IMG/VR virus record: IMGVR_UViG_3300027744_000114
Location: 1-24,754 of that record
Length of the DNA: 24,754 bases
From: a virus
Taxonomy: Duplodnaviria; Caudoviricetes
Direction: 5' to 3' (one strand)
Numbering within the stretch: the stretch's first letter is position 1; the number at the start of each line of letters is the position of its first letter. Positions 16,991-24,395 of the stretch are shown in pieces. The notes under the pieces are model-generated. The model had not been told where the DNA came from. It searched no databases and saw nothing but the letters and a program-made list of their open reading frames with translations. The translations under genes were made by a program, and so were the position numbers.

Positions 16991-17470
16991 TTAGAAAACT
17001 TCTTCTTCCGCACCTACTGGCTCAAGGCGGCGATTCGAAGTTGTTGGAGTTGCCCTACGAGCACCTTGTGATGAAGCTGGGCGTGGCTTATTGTTGCCCT
17101 GCTCACCATCTTGCTGCTTCGCACGACGAGTTACTTCTTCGATACTCCGTGTGTCAATGGCAATGGCATCTGCGATTAGCTCTACGGCTGAACGCTTATT
17201 GCCTTCTTTGTCCTCGTAGGAACGCTGCTCGAGACGACCGACGACTACAACGCCGATTCCTTTTTCAAGTGTCTTTGCTGCATTTTCTGCCGTGTAGCGC
17301 CATGCCACGATGTTAAAAAAGGATACTTTTTCCTGTTTTTCTCCAGCTTGGTCATACCAGACATAGTTTGATGCTACGGAAAAAGACAGGCGTGCCTGTC
17401 CATTTGATGTGAATGTGAGTTCTGGGTCGTTTGTGACATTCCCAGTAATCACGGTTGGTGTTGGGTTCAT
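16991..17470 (-). CDS. ssb: Single-stranded DNA-binding protein
   Basis: VITGNVTNDPELTFTSNGQA...FSVASN...FFNIVAWR..AEN...LEKG..VVVVGRLEQRSYEDKEGNKRS..EL.AD; acidic-aromatic C-terminus EEEVF; AAGGAG SD. Confidence 0.95.
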   Translation of the reverse strand: MNPTPTVITGNVTNDPELTFTSNGQARLSFSVASNYVWYDQAGEKQEKVSFFNIVAWRYTAENAAKTLEKGIGVVVVGRLEQRSYEDKEGNKRSAVELIADAIAIDTRSIEEVTRRAKQQDGEQGNNKPRPASSQGARRATPTTSNRRLEPVGAEEEVF

Positions 17471-17548
17471 ACTTCTCCTTGTTTGATTAGAGCCACCAGG
17501 AACTGGTGACTTCCTTCATGGTATCAGTGGCATGCTATGGTTGTCAAC

Positions 17549-17806
17549 ATGGCAACAAATAAAGAAGAAATGCAGATGCGCATCGTTGAACATATCGGGA
17601 CGATTCTCTTCTATTTCTTGGCATCAGATGACTTTTCGGATGACGAAGACATAGAAATGGACGACAACACACTGGATATGGCTGCAATAATTGCCGCAAC
17701 GATAAATCTTGAGGTTCAGTCCGTTGATGAAAACGATAATGCCGTAGTTTCCATACGCCTAGAAGACCCATTGTTATTTATTAAAAATTTGACCGATAAA
17801 CAGTAA
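17549..17806 (+). CDS. Acidic hypothetical protein (85 aa)
   Basis: Extended -10 TGcTATGGT (17533-17541) lies 7 nt before ATG 17549 (leaderless). Confidence 0.65.
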   Translation: MATNKEEMQMRIVEHIGTILFYFLASDDFSDDEDIEMDDNTLDMAAIIAATINLEVQSVDENDNAVVSIRLEDPLLFIKNLTDKQ

Positions 17807-17829
17807 AACCCTTATAACAAAAGGGTTTT
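17805..17829. promoter_or_regulatory. Palindromic site AAAACCCTT-N7-AAGGGTTTT (copy 2); may also act as a terminator
   Basis: Perfect 9-bp inverted repeat directly after a stop codon and 7 nt before a -35 box. Confidence 0.5.
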
Positions 17830-17836
17830 GTTGGTG

Positions 17837-17865
17837 TTGCGAGTCATGCAAATATTTGGTAATAT
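17837..17865 (+). promoter_or_regulatory. Sigma70/SigA-type promoter of the transglycosylase gene
   Basis: TTGCGA-N17-TAATAT with TG extension. Confidence 0.55.
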
Positions 17866-17945
17866 ATATATACCCGTTACTGCAACATAGGCAGGCCCAT
17901 TACTAAAGCCTGTTGCCCTATCCCCTAAAGTACAGGAGAATCAAA

Positions 17946-18692
17946 TTGAGACAAATCGCCGGATGGTCTATTTCTATAGTTTTTTACGCTTTGGGGGTAG
18001 CAATGCCAGGCGCAGAGCTGGCGGCGGAGGTTGACATACCAAGGCCAAAAGTCCAATATGTTTACGAATTGGCAGACAGGGTAGAAACTCAGTCGGCTGT
18101 GTCGCCTCAAACAAAAGCCGTCCAAGTACTCACCATGTCCTACTCACTTGGGGAGAATGGGAAAAGGGTCTCCACTCTCCAGAGGGTTATTGGAACCGTC
18201 CGCGTGGACGGGGAGTATGGAGAAATAACCAGACGAGAACATGTCGAAGCGTTGGTGGCACTCGGCCTCCCTACGTCAAATGTCCCACCAGTCGCCAATA
18301 AGACCACGGACTCTGGGTACAACATCCCTTCTGACCCAGCCAAGCGCTGCCCTCAATGGGAAAGTCATTTCGCTGAAATTGGCTTATTACCAGTTGATGT
18401 ATTTTCCTATATAGCGTGGAGAGAAAGTGGCTGTAGCCCTAACGCCCAAAATGCAACATGGGACAAGAACGGAAACATGACTTACCACTTGAATAAAGAT
18501 AAGTCCTATGACACAGGACTTTTGCAAATCAACTCCAGTTGGAGAACGGTAACAAAAAAAGTCTGTGGCAATGATTCGGTCGACAACTACATGCATGGCC
18601 TAAAAGACCCTATGTGCAACATGATGGTTGCTAAGTACATCATGGACAACTCCAAAGGCAAGCTAGGAAACTGGCGCGTTTACAAGAACTAA
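17946..18692 (+). CDS. Secreted lytic transglycosylase (SLT/lysozyme-like fold) with a probable peptidoglycan-binding domain
   Basis: AGGAG SD then TTG 17946; N-terminal hydrophobic signal; RVSTLQRVIG...VDGEYGEIT (PG-binding-1-like); IAWRESGC.PNA.N...DTGLLQINSSW...DPMCNMMVA...W. Confidence 0.85.
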   Translation: MRQIAGWSISIVFYALGVAMPGAELAAEVDIPRPKVQYVYELADRVETQSAVSPQTKAVQVLTMSYSLGENGKRVSTLQRVIGTVRVDGEYGEITRREHVEALVALGLPTSNVPPVANKTTDSGYNIPSDPAKRCPQWESHFAEIGLLPVDVFSYIAWRESGCSPNAQNATWDKNGNMTYHLNKDKSYDTGLLQINSSWRTVTKKVCGNDSVDNYMHGLKDPMCNMMVAKYIMDNSKGKLGNWRVYKN

Positions 18693-18695
18693 TAA

Positions 18696-18917
18696 ATGAC
18701 TGAAACAATCGTCATACATCGCTCGAAGGGTCTCTCTGGTTCAGGCTTCTATGACAGCGTATGCGGTCTTGTCGATACCGACCACTACACGACATTCGGT
18801 GATAATGGAATAACTTGTGTTGAATGCAAAAAGGGTATGTCCATGAATCGCCGTGAAAAACAACGCCAAGAGTCGGTGATAAAACAATTTGAGCAAAATT
18901 CTGGAATGTCGAAATAA
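18696..18917 (+). CDS. Small hypothetical protein with H..C..CxxC putative Zn site
   Basis: VIH...SVCG...ITCVEC; starts 3 nt after the previous stop. Confidence 0.55.
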   Translation: MTETIVIHRSKGLSGSGFYDSVCGLVDTDHYTTFGDNGITCVECKKGMSMNRREKQRQESVIKQFEQNSGMSK

Positions 18918-18945
18918 ATCCAACGTAATTCGCTAGATTGTTTGG

Positions 18946-19398
18946 GTGAACCAAAAATACGATATCCCCGGAAGGGTTTTTGATTTCAAGACAGACCTCG
19001 CCTATGGGCAGGCTGGGGAAATGCTCGTTGACGGCTTCCTGCAGTCTCTCTCCGGTGGTTCACTTGAAGTAAAGAGTGACCGCTACAGGAACGGGAGAAT
19101 GGTTATTGAGACCGACCAGAATCCACGAGGCATTCTCGATGAATCTGGCGCCCAGGTCTGGGTTAAGAGCGGAATAAATGTGACAACGGCGAAATGGTGG
19201 GTCTACATATACTCCCCAGAAGGCGCTTTTCTGATTATAGAAACAGACCGCCTCAAGAGATACTTGCGTCAAAATCAAAACAAATTCAACCCGTCCACAA
19301 AGAAGAATTTAGGCGGAAAAGATAATCCAGCCTTGGGTTTTTTGCTAATGCCGGGCGATGTTATGGATATGATTTCAAATGAAAAGTACGATTTGTAA
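18946..19398 (+). CDS. PD-(D/E)XK-superfamily nuclease-like protein
   Basis: DLAYGQAGE...LEVKSDRYRNGRMVIE...SGINVTTAKWWVY; TAGATT-N6-GTG leaderless start. Confidence 0.7.
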   Translation: MNQKYDIPGRVFDFKTDLAYGQAGEMLVDGFLQSLSGGSLEVKSDRYRNGRMVIETDQNPRGILDESGAQVWVKSGINVTTAKWWVYIYSPEGAFLIIETDRLKRYLRQNQNKFNPSTKKNLGGKDNPALGFLLMPGDVMDMISNEKYDL

Positions 19399-19406
19399 AG
19401 AGCGAT

Positions 19407-19619
19407 ATGACAAACGACGACGAAAAATCCATAGAAGAACTCCGCAAGGAAATTGTTACCATACGTCTTGATAGGGATGCATGGATTAAGCAGTGGACTG
19501 CAGAAAAAGATATTTCCGACGAGCTTTACTTTTTTATAAAAGATAACATTCAAGATATTGCTAAATTTAATAGTAGTTCCGAAAACACAAAATACAAAAG
19601 TTCAAGGGGGATGCACTAA
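19407..19619 (+). CDS. Hypothetical protein (70 aa)
   Basis: Packed ORF with a coiled-coil-like N-terminus. Confidence 0.55.
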   Translation: MTNDDEKSIEELRKEIVTIRLDRDAWIKQWTAEKDISDELYFFIKDNIQDIAKFNSSSENTKYKSSRGMH

Positions 19620-19750
19620 TGGGTAAGTCGTGGGTTGAAAAAATCATAAAACTAGAGCGTCCGTCAATAATGGAAACAGAAATCATAATGGAACCTGTTA
19701 CGGAAGAGAATGAAGAACCAGAGCAGCATGAAGACTCCGAAGAAAAGTAA
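19619..19750 (+). CDS. Small acidic hypothetical protein (43 aa)
   Basis: TAATG overlap, GGGGG SD-like; MGKSWVEKIIKLERPSIME... Confidence 0.5.
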   Translation: MGKSWVEKIIKLERPSIMETEIIMEPVTEENEEPEQHEDSEEK

Positions 19751-19809
19751 AGAAAACACCGACAAGTCATGACATTAATTGTGTTCCGAATACATAGGGG
19801 TTAATGAAT

Positions 19810-19884
19810 GCCCCTGTATCGGCTCACTCTTATAAGGTGTAGAAACCGTAGCGGTCCACGTTGGTTCAACTCCAACCAGGGGCA
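19810..19884 (+). tRNA. Non-canonical tRNA-like gene, anticodon UAU (Ile), lacking a D-arm and with a long variable region
   Basis: Acceptor GCCCCTG/CAGGGGC plus A discriminator; T-arm GTTGG-TTCAACT-CCAAC; anticodon arm CACT-CTTATAA-GGTG; only 8 nt (TATCGGCT) between acceptor and anticodon stems; 19-nt variable region with ACCG-TAG-CGGT hairpin. Confidence 0.65.
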
Positions 19885-19918
19885 CTACAAAATACTAGAA
19901 AAATAGGGAGAATTTAAA

Positions 19919-20101
19919 ATGTCACAAGCAGCACTATTCGGTTTTGGGTCAGTCATATTTTTTATCGTAATGACTGGTGCCCTGCTATATGGGATGGCGG
20001 TAGCCAAAGAAATTTTTGACAGAGATGAATCATCTTTGTTCAGAAGGGTGAGTCACTATTCACTTACTGATGAAGATGCGTGGTGGGAGGCAATCAAGTG
20101 A
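19919..20101 (+). CDS. Small single-pass membrane protein (60 aa)
   Basis: AGGGAG SD; hydrophobic AALFGFGSVIFFIVMTGALLYGMAVA. Confidence 0.65.
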   Translation: MSQAALFGFGSVIFFIVMTGALLYGMAVAKEIFDRDESSLFRRVSHYSLTDEDAWWEAIK

Positions 20102-20217
20102 CGGCAGAACCAAGCATGGAGCAGCTAGACAAAGAGATTGCTGAACTCAAAAAAGACATTGCTAATCTTGAGAAGGAAATTGCGTTGCTCGAAAAAGAAA
20201 TAGCAAGGTTTAAGTAA
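20098..20217 (+). CDS. 39-aa heptad-repeat coiled-coil peptide
   Basis: GGGAGG SD, GTGA overlap; MTAEPSMEQ-LDKEIAE-LKKDIAN-LEKEIAL-LEKEIAR-FK. Confidence 0.6.
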   Translation: MTAEPSMEQLDKEIAELKKDIANLEKEIALLEKEIARFK

Positions 20218-20221
20218 CAAT

Positions 20222-20337
20222 GGATAGATTCGTACGATGCCAAGCAATGACCAAAAGTGGAACCCAGTGCAGAACGGGGGCGATGTCACTTACTCCCTTC
20301 TGCGGGATGCATCAAGGCTCCGAACACCCCGATATCA
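20222..20337 (+). ncRNA. Candidate rod-shaped structured RNA
   Basis: Nested complementary blocks GATA/TATC, TTCG/CGAA, GATGC/GCATC, CCC/GGG, GCAGAA/TTCTGC, GGGGG/CTCCC in an intergenic gap before a tRNA. Confidence 0.35.
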
Positions 20338-20368
20338 AAAAGGCAAAAGGAGTAAAAGCAAACACCAA

Positions 20369-20441
<73 letters not shown>

Positions 20442-21293
20442 CTAAAAGTATTTGTCGCCCAGTTTCCTGTGTGCCCATAATCCATAGAATGAACGTTCAG
20501 AAGGTTTGAACCCACCCAATACGGCGTGAGCCATAAGGAATAAGTCAACAACGATGAGGTCGTTTTCCTGCCACGCGTGGAATTGATGTAGGTCTTCATT
20601 TTCTTGTACATTCTCCGTGAATTTCCAACAGAGCTTTTCAAATCTTAAATTCTCTTCTTCGGATGGTTCCCTGTTGTCAAAAGTATGTAAGTAAAAACTT
20701 TCTCTGTCATATTTGAACAGAGCATTTAATCTCAAGGCATACCTTCCTGATGTTTCGTACATCTCAACCGCATCATGCAGTGATGGTTCTCCCTGCTCGT
20801 CTATGTCCAGTTGTTCCCAGCTATAAAATGCAGCTATCTTGCACTTTTTCAAGAACAATGCTTCTTCTTCACTGAATAAATCGTAAACATCAGAGATATT
20901 CACAAACAAGGTGTTCCCCTTATCGTTATCGCAGGAGAATTTCTCCATATTCCAGGTAGCGCCGATTGCTGGATTTCTATGACCCATGTGCTCTATGTGC
21001 CACGGCAAGAACAGCTCATCTTTGGGGATACCGTGTTTATTGAGTGCATCCATCGTTCGTGAATGGTTTTCTTCGTATGGCCAGCATTGCTCAAACGGGA
21101 TTGTGGAGTTTGGATACCAGTTGGCATGGTCACCAAATAGCCTTGTTACCTCTAGTTGCTGTTCACGGGAGAACTTGAAGCCACGGAAAATAACAATTGC
21201 CTGTTTCTTGAACAATTCAACGTATTCCGGCAGTCCCCGAACGAGCGACTCAAACGAATCAATATGTATTGTCGATATCGGTCTTCTCGGCAC
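20442..21293 (-). CDS. TauD/TfdA-family Fe(II)/2-oxoglutarate dioxygenase
   Basis: IVIFRGFKFSREQQ...FG; WHIEH (HxE); GNTLFVN..DVY; HAWQENDLIVVD...HAV...R; AGGGAG SD. Confidence 0.85.
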   Translation of the reverse strand: MPRRPISTIHIDSFESLVRGLPEYVELFKKQAIVIFRGFKFSREQQLEVTRLFGDHANWYPNSTIPFEQCWPYEENHSRTMDALNKHGIPKDELFLPWHIEHMGHRNPAIGATWNMEKFSCDNDKGNTLFVNISDVYDLFSEEEALFLKKCKIAAFYSWEQLDIDEQGEPSLHDAVEMYETSGRYALRLNALFKYDRESFYLHTFDNREPSEEENLRFEKLCWKFTENVQENEDLHQFHAWQENDLIVVDLFLMAHAVLGGFKPSERSFYGLWAHRKLGDKYF

Positions 21294-21371
21294 TCTTTAC
21301 TCCCTGCGTGGCTGCGCTATCCATCTCTATTCTGGCATATATCCACAAGATTCGGTTGATAGGATGGCGGT

Positions 21372-21812
21372 ATGGGGGATGTCGGTATTGAGTACACAAA
21401 AATCGATAATTTTCAAATATATCCCAACGATATTGGCAAAATGAATTGGCATGTTGCGGTCAAGGTGTGTTCTGAGCTGGGTGACGGTTGGCGTTTGCCA
21501 ACAAAAGAAGAACTCAACGCCATGTATGTAAACCGTGGTTTAATAAGCAATCTTTTGAATGAAGACTATTGGAGTGGTATCCCTGGATATTTCCCCAATC
21601 GTGCTTGGGGACAATATTTTGCTAATGGACGGCAGCTAATAGCATCTGGGTCACACCCGATGCGCGTACGTCCAGTGCGAGATATGGTGAACCAGGAAGA
21701 AACATCAAATATTCCGGAACTATTTTCTTCTCACATTAAACAGCGATTAGCCATAGACAAAGAATTAGAGAACAAGATTAATGAAGTATTGTTTGGAACG
21801 AGGTTATTTTAA
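21372..21812 (+). CDS. DUF1566/Lcl C-type-lectin-like domain protein
   Basis: MNWHVAVKVCSELGDGWRLPTKEELNAMY...YWS...AWGQYFANG...VRPVR; TGaTAGGAT-N6-ATG leaderless start. Confidence 0.8.
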   Translation: MGDVGIEYTKIDNFQIYPNDIGKMNWHVAVKVCSELGDGWRLPTKEELNAMYVNRGLISNLLNEDYWSGIPGYFPNRAWGQYFANGRQLIASGSHPMRVRPVRDMVNQEETSNIPELFSSHIKQRLAIDKELENKINEVLFGTRLF

Positions 21813-22129
21813 TGTTGAGACTGATACGAAAGTTTTTTAGCGGCATCACGGATTATCCGCATCAAGAGTGGCGGTCTGATGACGATGACGAAGCAGGCAT
21901 GGACACGGAAGAGCCAGACACCGCTAAGTTTGTTAATCCCTACCAGCAATTGTTTATTGCATGCCAGCTTCGAAGGAGTCAAACTTTAGAAGCTGACATG
22001 GACGCAGAAGAGCGAGATATGGATGATTATCATCCCTTGGGTCAACCTTTATGGGATGGTAAATCAAGTCCCCTTTTCACCGACGCCGAACTTGACGTAA
22101 TAAGAGGGTTGGGCAAAACAAGTGACTAG
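21812..22129 (+). CDS. Acidic hypothetical protein
   Basis: TAATG overlap with the previous gene, GAGG SD. Confidence 0.55.
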   Translation: MLRLIRKFFSGITDYPHQEWRSDDDDEAGMDTEEPDTAKFVNPYQQLFIACQLRRSQTLEADMDAEERDMDDYHPLGQPLWDGKSSPLFTDAELDVIRGLGKTSD

Positions 22130-22169
22130 ACAACAGTTGTTTCCTGGTTCTGGTGGTTAGGATGAAAAT

Positions 22170-22328
22170 ATGAAAAACGTCAACGTAACAATCAAGACGG
22201 TCCTGGATATGTTCGGTGAATCAGAGCGATGCATAATGCACAAAAATATTGCGCCGGTTGAGGTGATTGAAAAGTTTTTAACCAATGATGAATTGGATGA
22301 ATTAATCGGAAAGTATCCGAATGAATAA
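22170..22328 (+). CDS. Hypothetical protein (52 aa)
   Basis: TAGGAT-N6-ATG; MKNVNVTIKTVLDMFGESERC...; overlaps the start of the next gene. Confidence 0.5.
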   Translation: MKNVNVTIKTVLDMFGESERCIMHKNIAPVEVIEKFLTNDELDELIGKYPNE

Positions 22329-22863
22329 GTGCTGCGCTTGTCTGTTGAACATGGACATAGATAATGATGAATGGGGGTGGAGTGCAACAAAGGAAGACTA
22401 CATCTGTACGTCCTGTAGGGATATCGACGAGAGTTCCCTTTCGACCCTAATTGTTGTCTCACCCGACAACGGAGCAATCAAATATTTTATAGGAGAACAT
22501 ACGCGCATGTCCGAAGACGGGGATGACATGTATGACTCCAATTTAACCGTAGACAGAGTTTGGGTCTCCAGCAATGCATACCGTGGCCACTACAACACCA
22601 CCATCTCTGGGTGGGAAGAGGTTTTGGTTGGGTGGACAACAGGGGCATGGGGCGATGACACAGCCAATAAGAAGCAATCCTTCAACGAATGGGCCGAAAA
22701 TGTTTGCACGGGCGAGATAATCCCACCCGTTCCTTTGGCAATAGTTATGGACCCAACAAGTAATTTGTTTAGTATGGGGATATCTGTTTTGACCCCACAC
22801 CCAGATAAATTTAAACAATGGTCTGAGTCCGATTTTCAAGATTTATCAGATTCACTGTCATAG
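22321..22863 (+). CDS. Hypothetical protein with N-terminal CxxC...CxxC Zn ribbon
   Basis: 180-aa ORF: CCAC...CTSC. Confidence 0.75.
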   Translation: MNKCCACLLNMDIDNDEWGWSATKEDYICTSCRDIDESSLSTLIVVSPDNGAIKYFIGEHTRMSEDGDDMYDSNLTVDRVWVSSNAYRGHYNTTISGWEEVLVGWTTGAWGDDTANKKQSFNEWAENVCTGEIIPPVPLAIVMDPTSNLFSMGISVLTPHPDKFKQWSESDFQDLSDSLS

Positions 22864-22871
22864 GAGTGCAA

Positions 22872-23291
22872 ATGAATGAGCTACAACTGCAAGTGGAGGA
22901 ACTTAAGAAAAAAATAGTTCCTGAATACTGGAAATCAATAGATGTTGACGAGGGCTGGTATCGGCTGGTCATGGATTGCGACAGAGATATCACCCTGGTC
23001 GACCCAAATTACGAGATTTATCAAGTAAAAGAAAAATTTGGGACTCTTCGTTACTATGTCAAGCCCTCAAACCAGGAAGACACAGAAACCATTAAGAAAA
23101 TACAGGAAATAGTTACGCGCTACGAAGAACTATCTGCCGTCACATGTGAAGCAACTGGGGATTGGGGGGTTTTGATGCACTCCTCGACAGGTTGGAGAAA
23201 AACGCTCAACCCGATGTACGCAGCCAAGGCGCCACACCTCTCCGGATACTCAATTGTGCACCCATGGTGGCTTCGTAATTTAGATGTATGA
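22872..23291 (+). CDS. Conserved phage hypothetical protein (GW...QVKEKFG.LRYY...TCE motif)
   Basis: AGGAG SD before ATG 22872; the motif is recognisable as a widespread phage family of unknown function. Confidence 0.75.
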   Translation: MNELQLQVEELKKKIVPEYWKSIDVDEGWYRLVMDCDRDITLVDPNYEIYQVKEKFGTLRYYVKPSNQEDTETIKKIQEIVTRYEELSAVTCEATGDWGVLMHSSTGWRKTLNPMYAAKAPHLSGYSIVHPWWLRNLDV

Positions 23292-23300
23292 TTGCCATAT

Positions 23301-23564
23301 ATGAAGAAACATAGATTTTTCACCAGATTCACACCAAAAGGCGAAAACGTAAAGCTTTTCGTTCTGGACCTGTCCGAAAAAGAAACCATCTACGAGTACT
23401 ACCTTCACAACGGAAAAATGAAGGAAACCACCGAGTTGATGAAGGTCATGATTGACGGATTCCAGAACATTAGGGAAATAGATGCGGACGAAGCAGCCGA
23501 CCTATACCTAAAAGATGGATTCAAAGAGGCTATGGCCTCAATTACCAAAATCAAAAAAATCTGA
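23301..23564 (+). CDS. Hypothetical protein (87 aa)
   Basis: MKKHRFFTRF...; TATGAT lies 8 nt upstream of ATG 23301. Confidence 0.6.
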   Translation: MKKHRFFTRFTPKGENVKLFVLDLSEKETIYEYYLHNGKMKETTELMKVMIDGFQNIREIDADEAADLYLKDGFKEAMASITKIKKI

Positions 23565-23769
23565 GCCGCCCCCGCGCGCGCGAGACTCCGCTCTCCGCAT
23601 GAACATACCTTCCGAAAAAGTGAGGAGAACCCTCCGAAATTTTTTTGAATTTCACTGTTTCAGATAAATTTATCCGCCAATGAACTTGCTCTTATATTTT
23701 GTGTTGATATAAAATCAGCAGCTTCTAGATAAATTTATCCCAGATGACAAACACCACGAAATATTTGAT

Positions 23770-24297
23770 ATGGCTCAATATATAAACCCCATAGGAAGCA
23801 ATGGCTACCTAATGAGTGACACATTCGTCTGGCGCAGGCAGAAGCTCTGTATCTGGTCTCATAAGGTACTTGCACATGTTGATGTTTGTTCCTATTGTGC
23901 GAAGAGGGGGACAGCACAGAAAGACCCACGAGGGAGGAGCTGGCACATGGACCATGTCATCCCCTATGGGGCGAGAGGAACGAACACCCCCTCGAATATC
24001 GTCAAAGCATGTCGCTCCTGCAACCTACACAAAAGCAATAAAAAAGGAATACAACCACTGCCTGGCTCCGTCTATGCAGATGGACACATAGAACCATTCC
24101 GTCCCAACGCAACCGTGCTGAAGCCACACACCAACAAGAACGTGGAGAAGAAAAGAGGGCGCCGGCCTGTCGGAAAAAGTAAGCACTCCGGTATCCACCC
24201 GCAGCAGATGGAGCGCATCCGAATAGTGCACGCAACAGGAGGGGACGCTGAAACCCTCGCCTTATTCGAAGACTGGTTCGCCAAACCGACTGGATAA
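23770..24297 (+). CDS. HNH endonuclease with basic C-terminal extension
   Basis: CSYC...WHMDHVIPYGARGTNTPSNIVKACRSCNLHKSNK; start uncertain (23770 or 23812). Confidence 0.85.
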   Translation: MAQYINPIGSNGYLMSDTFVWRRQKLCIWSHKVLAHVDVCSYCAKRGTAQKDPRGRSWHMDHVIPYGARGTNTPSNIVKACRSCNLHKSNKKGIQPLPGSVYADGHIEPFRPNATVLKPHTNKNVEKKRGRRPVGKSKHSGIHPQQMERIRIVHATGGDAETLALFEDWFAKPTG

Positions 24298-24395
24298 ATC
24301 TATCCTAAAAAGCTGCAGCTCAATATTTTGCGATTTAGCTCCCCACCAGGCAGGGGGCATCGCCAAAAAGTTCAAAAGAGCCCCGCCCCTCGAGG

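Noticed and set aside
17492-17510. Hairpin GCCACCAG-GAA-CTGGTGAC in the ssb leader as a novel regulatory RNA
   Set aside because: A single 8-bp stem near the probable transcript 5' end is adequately explained as a stabilising hairpin; there is no further evidence.
19885-19918. tRNA-associated (theta/HDV-like) ribozyme downstream of either tRNA
   Set aside because: The 3' flanks are a short A-rich spacer and a coding region; no nested pseudoknot pattern visible.
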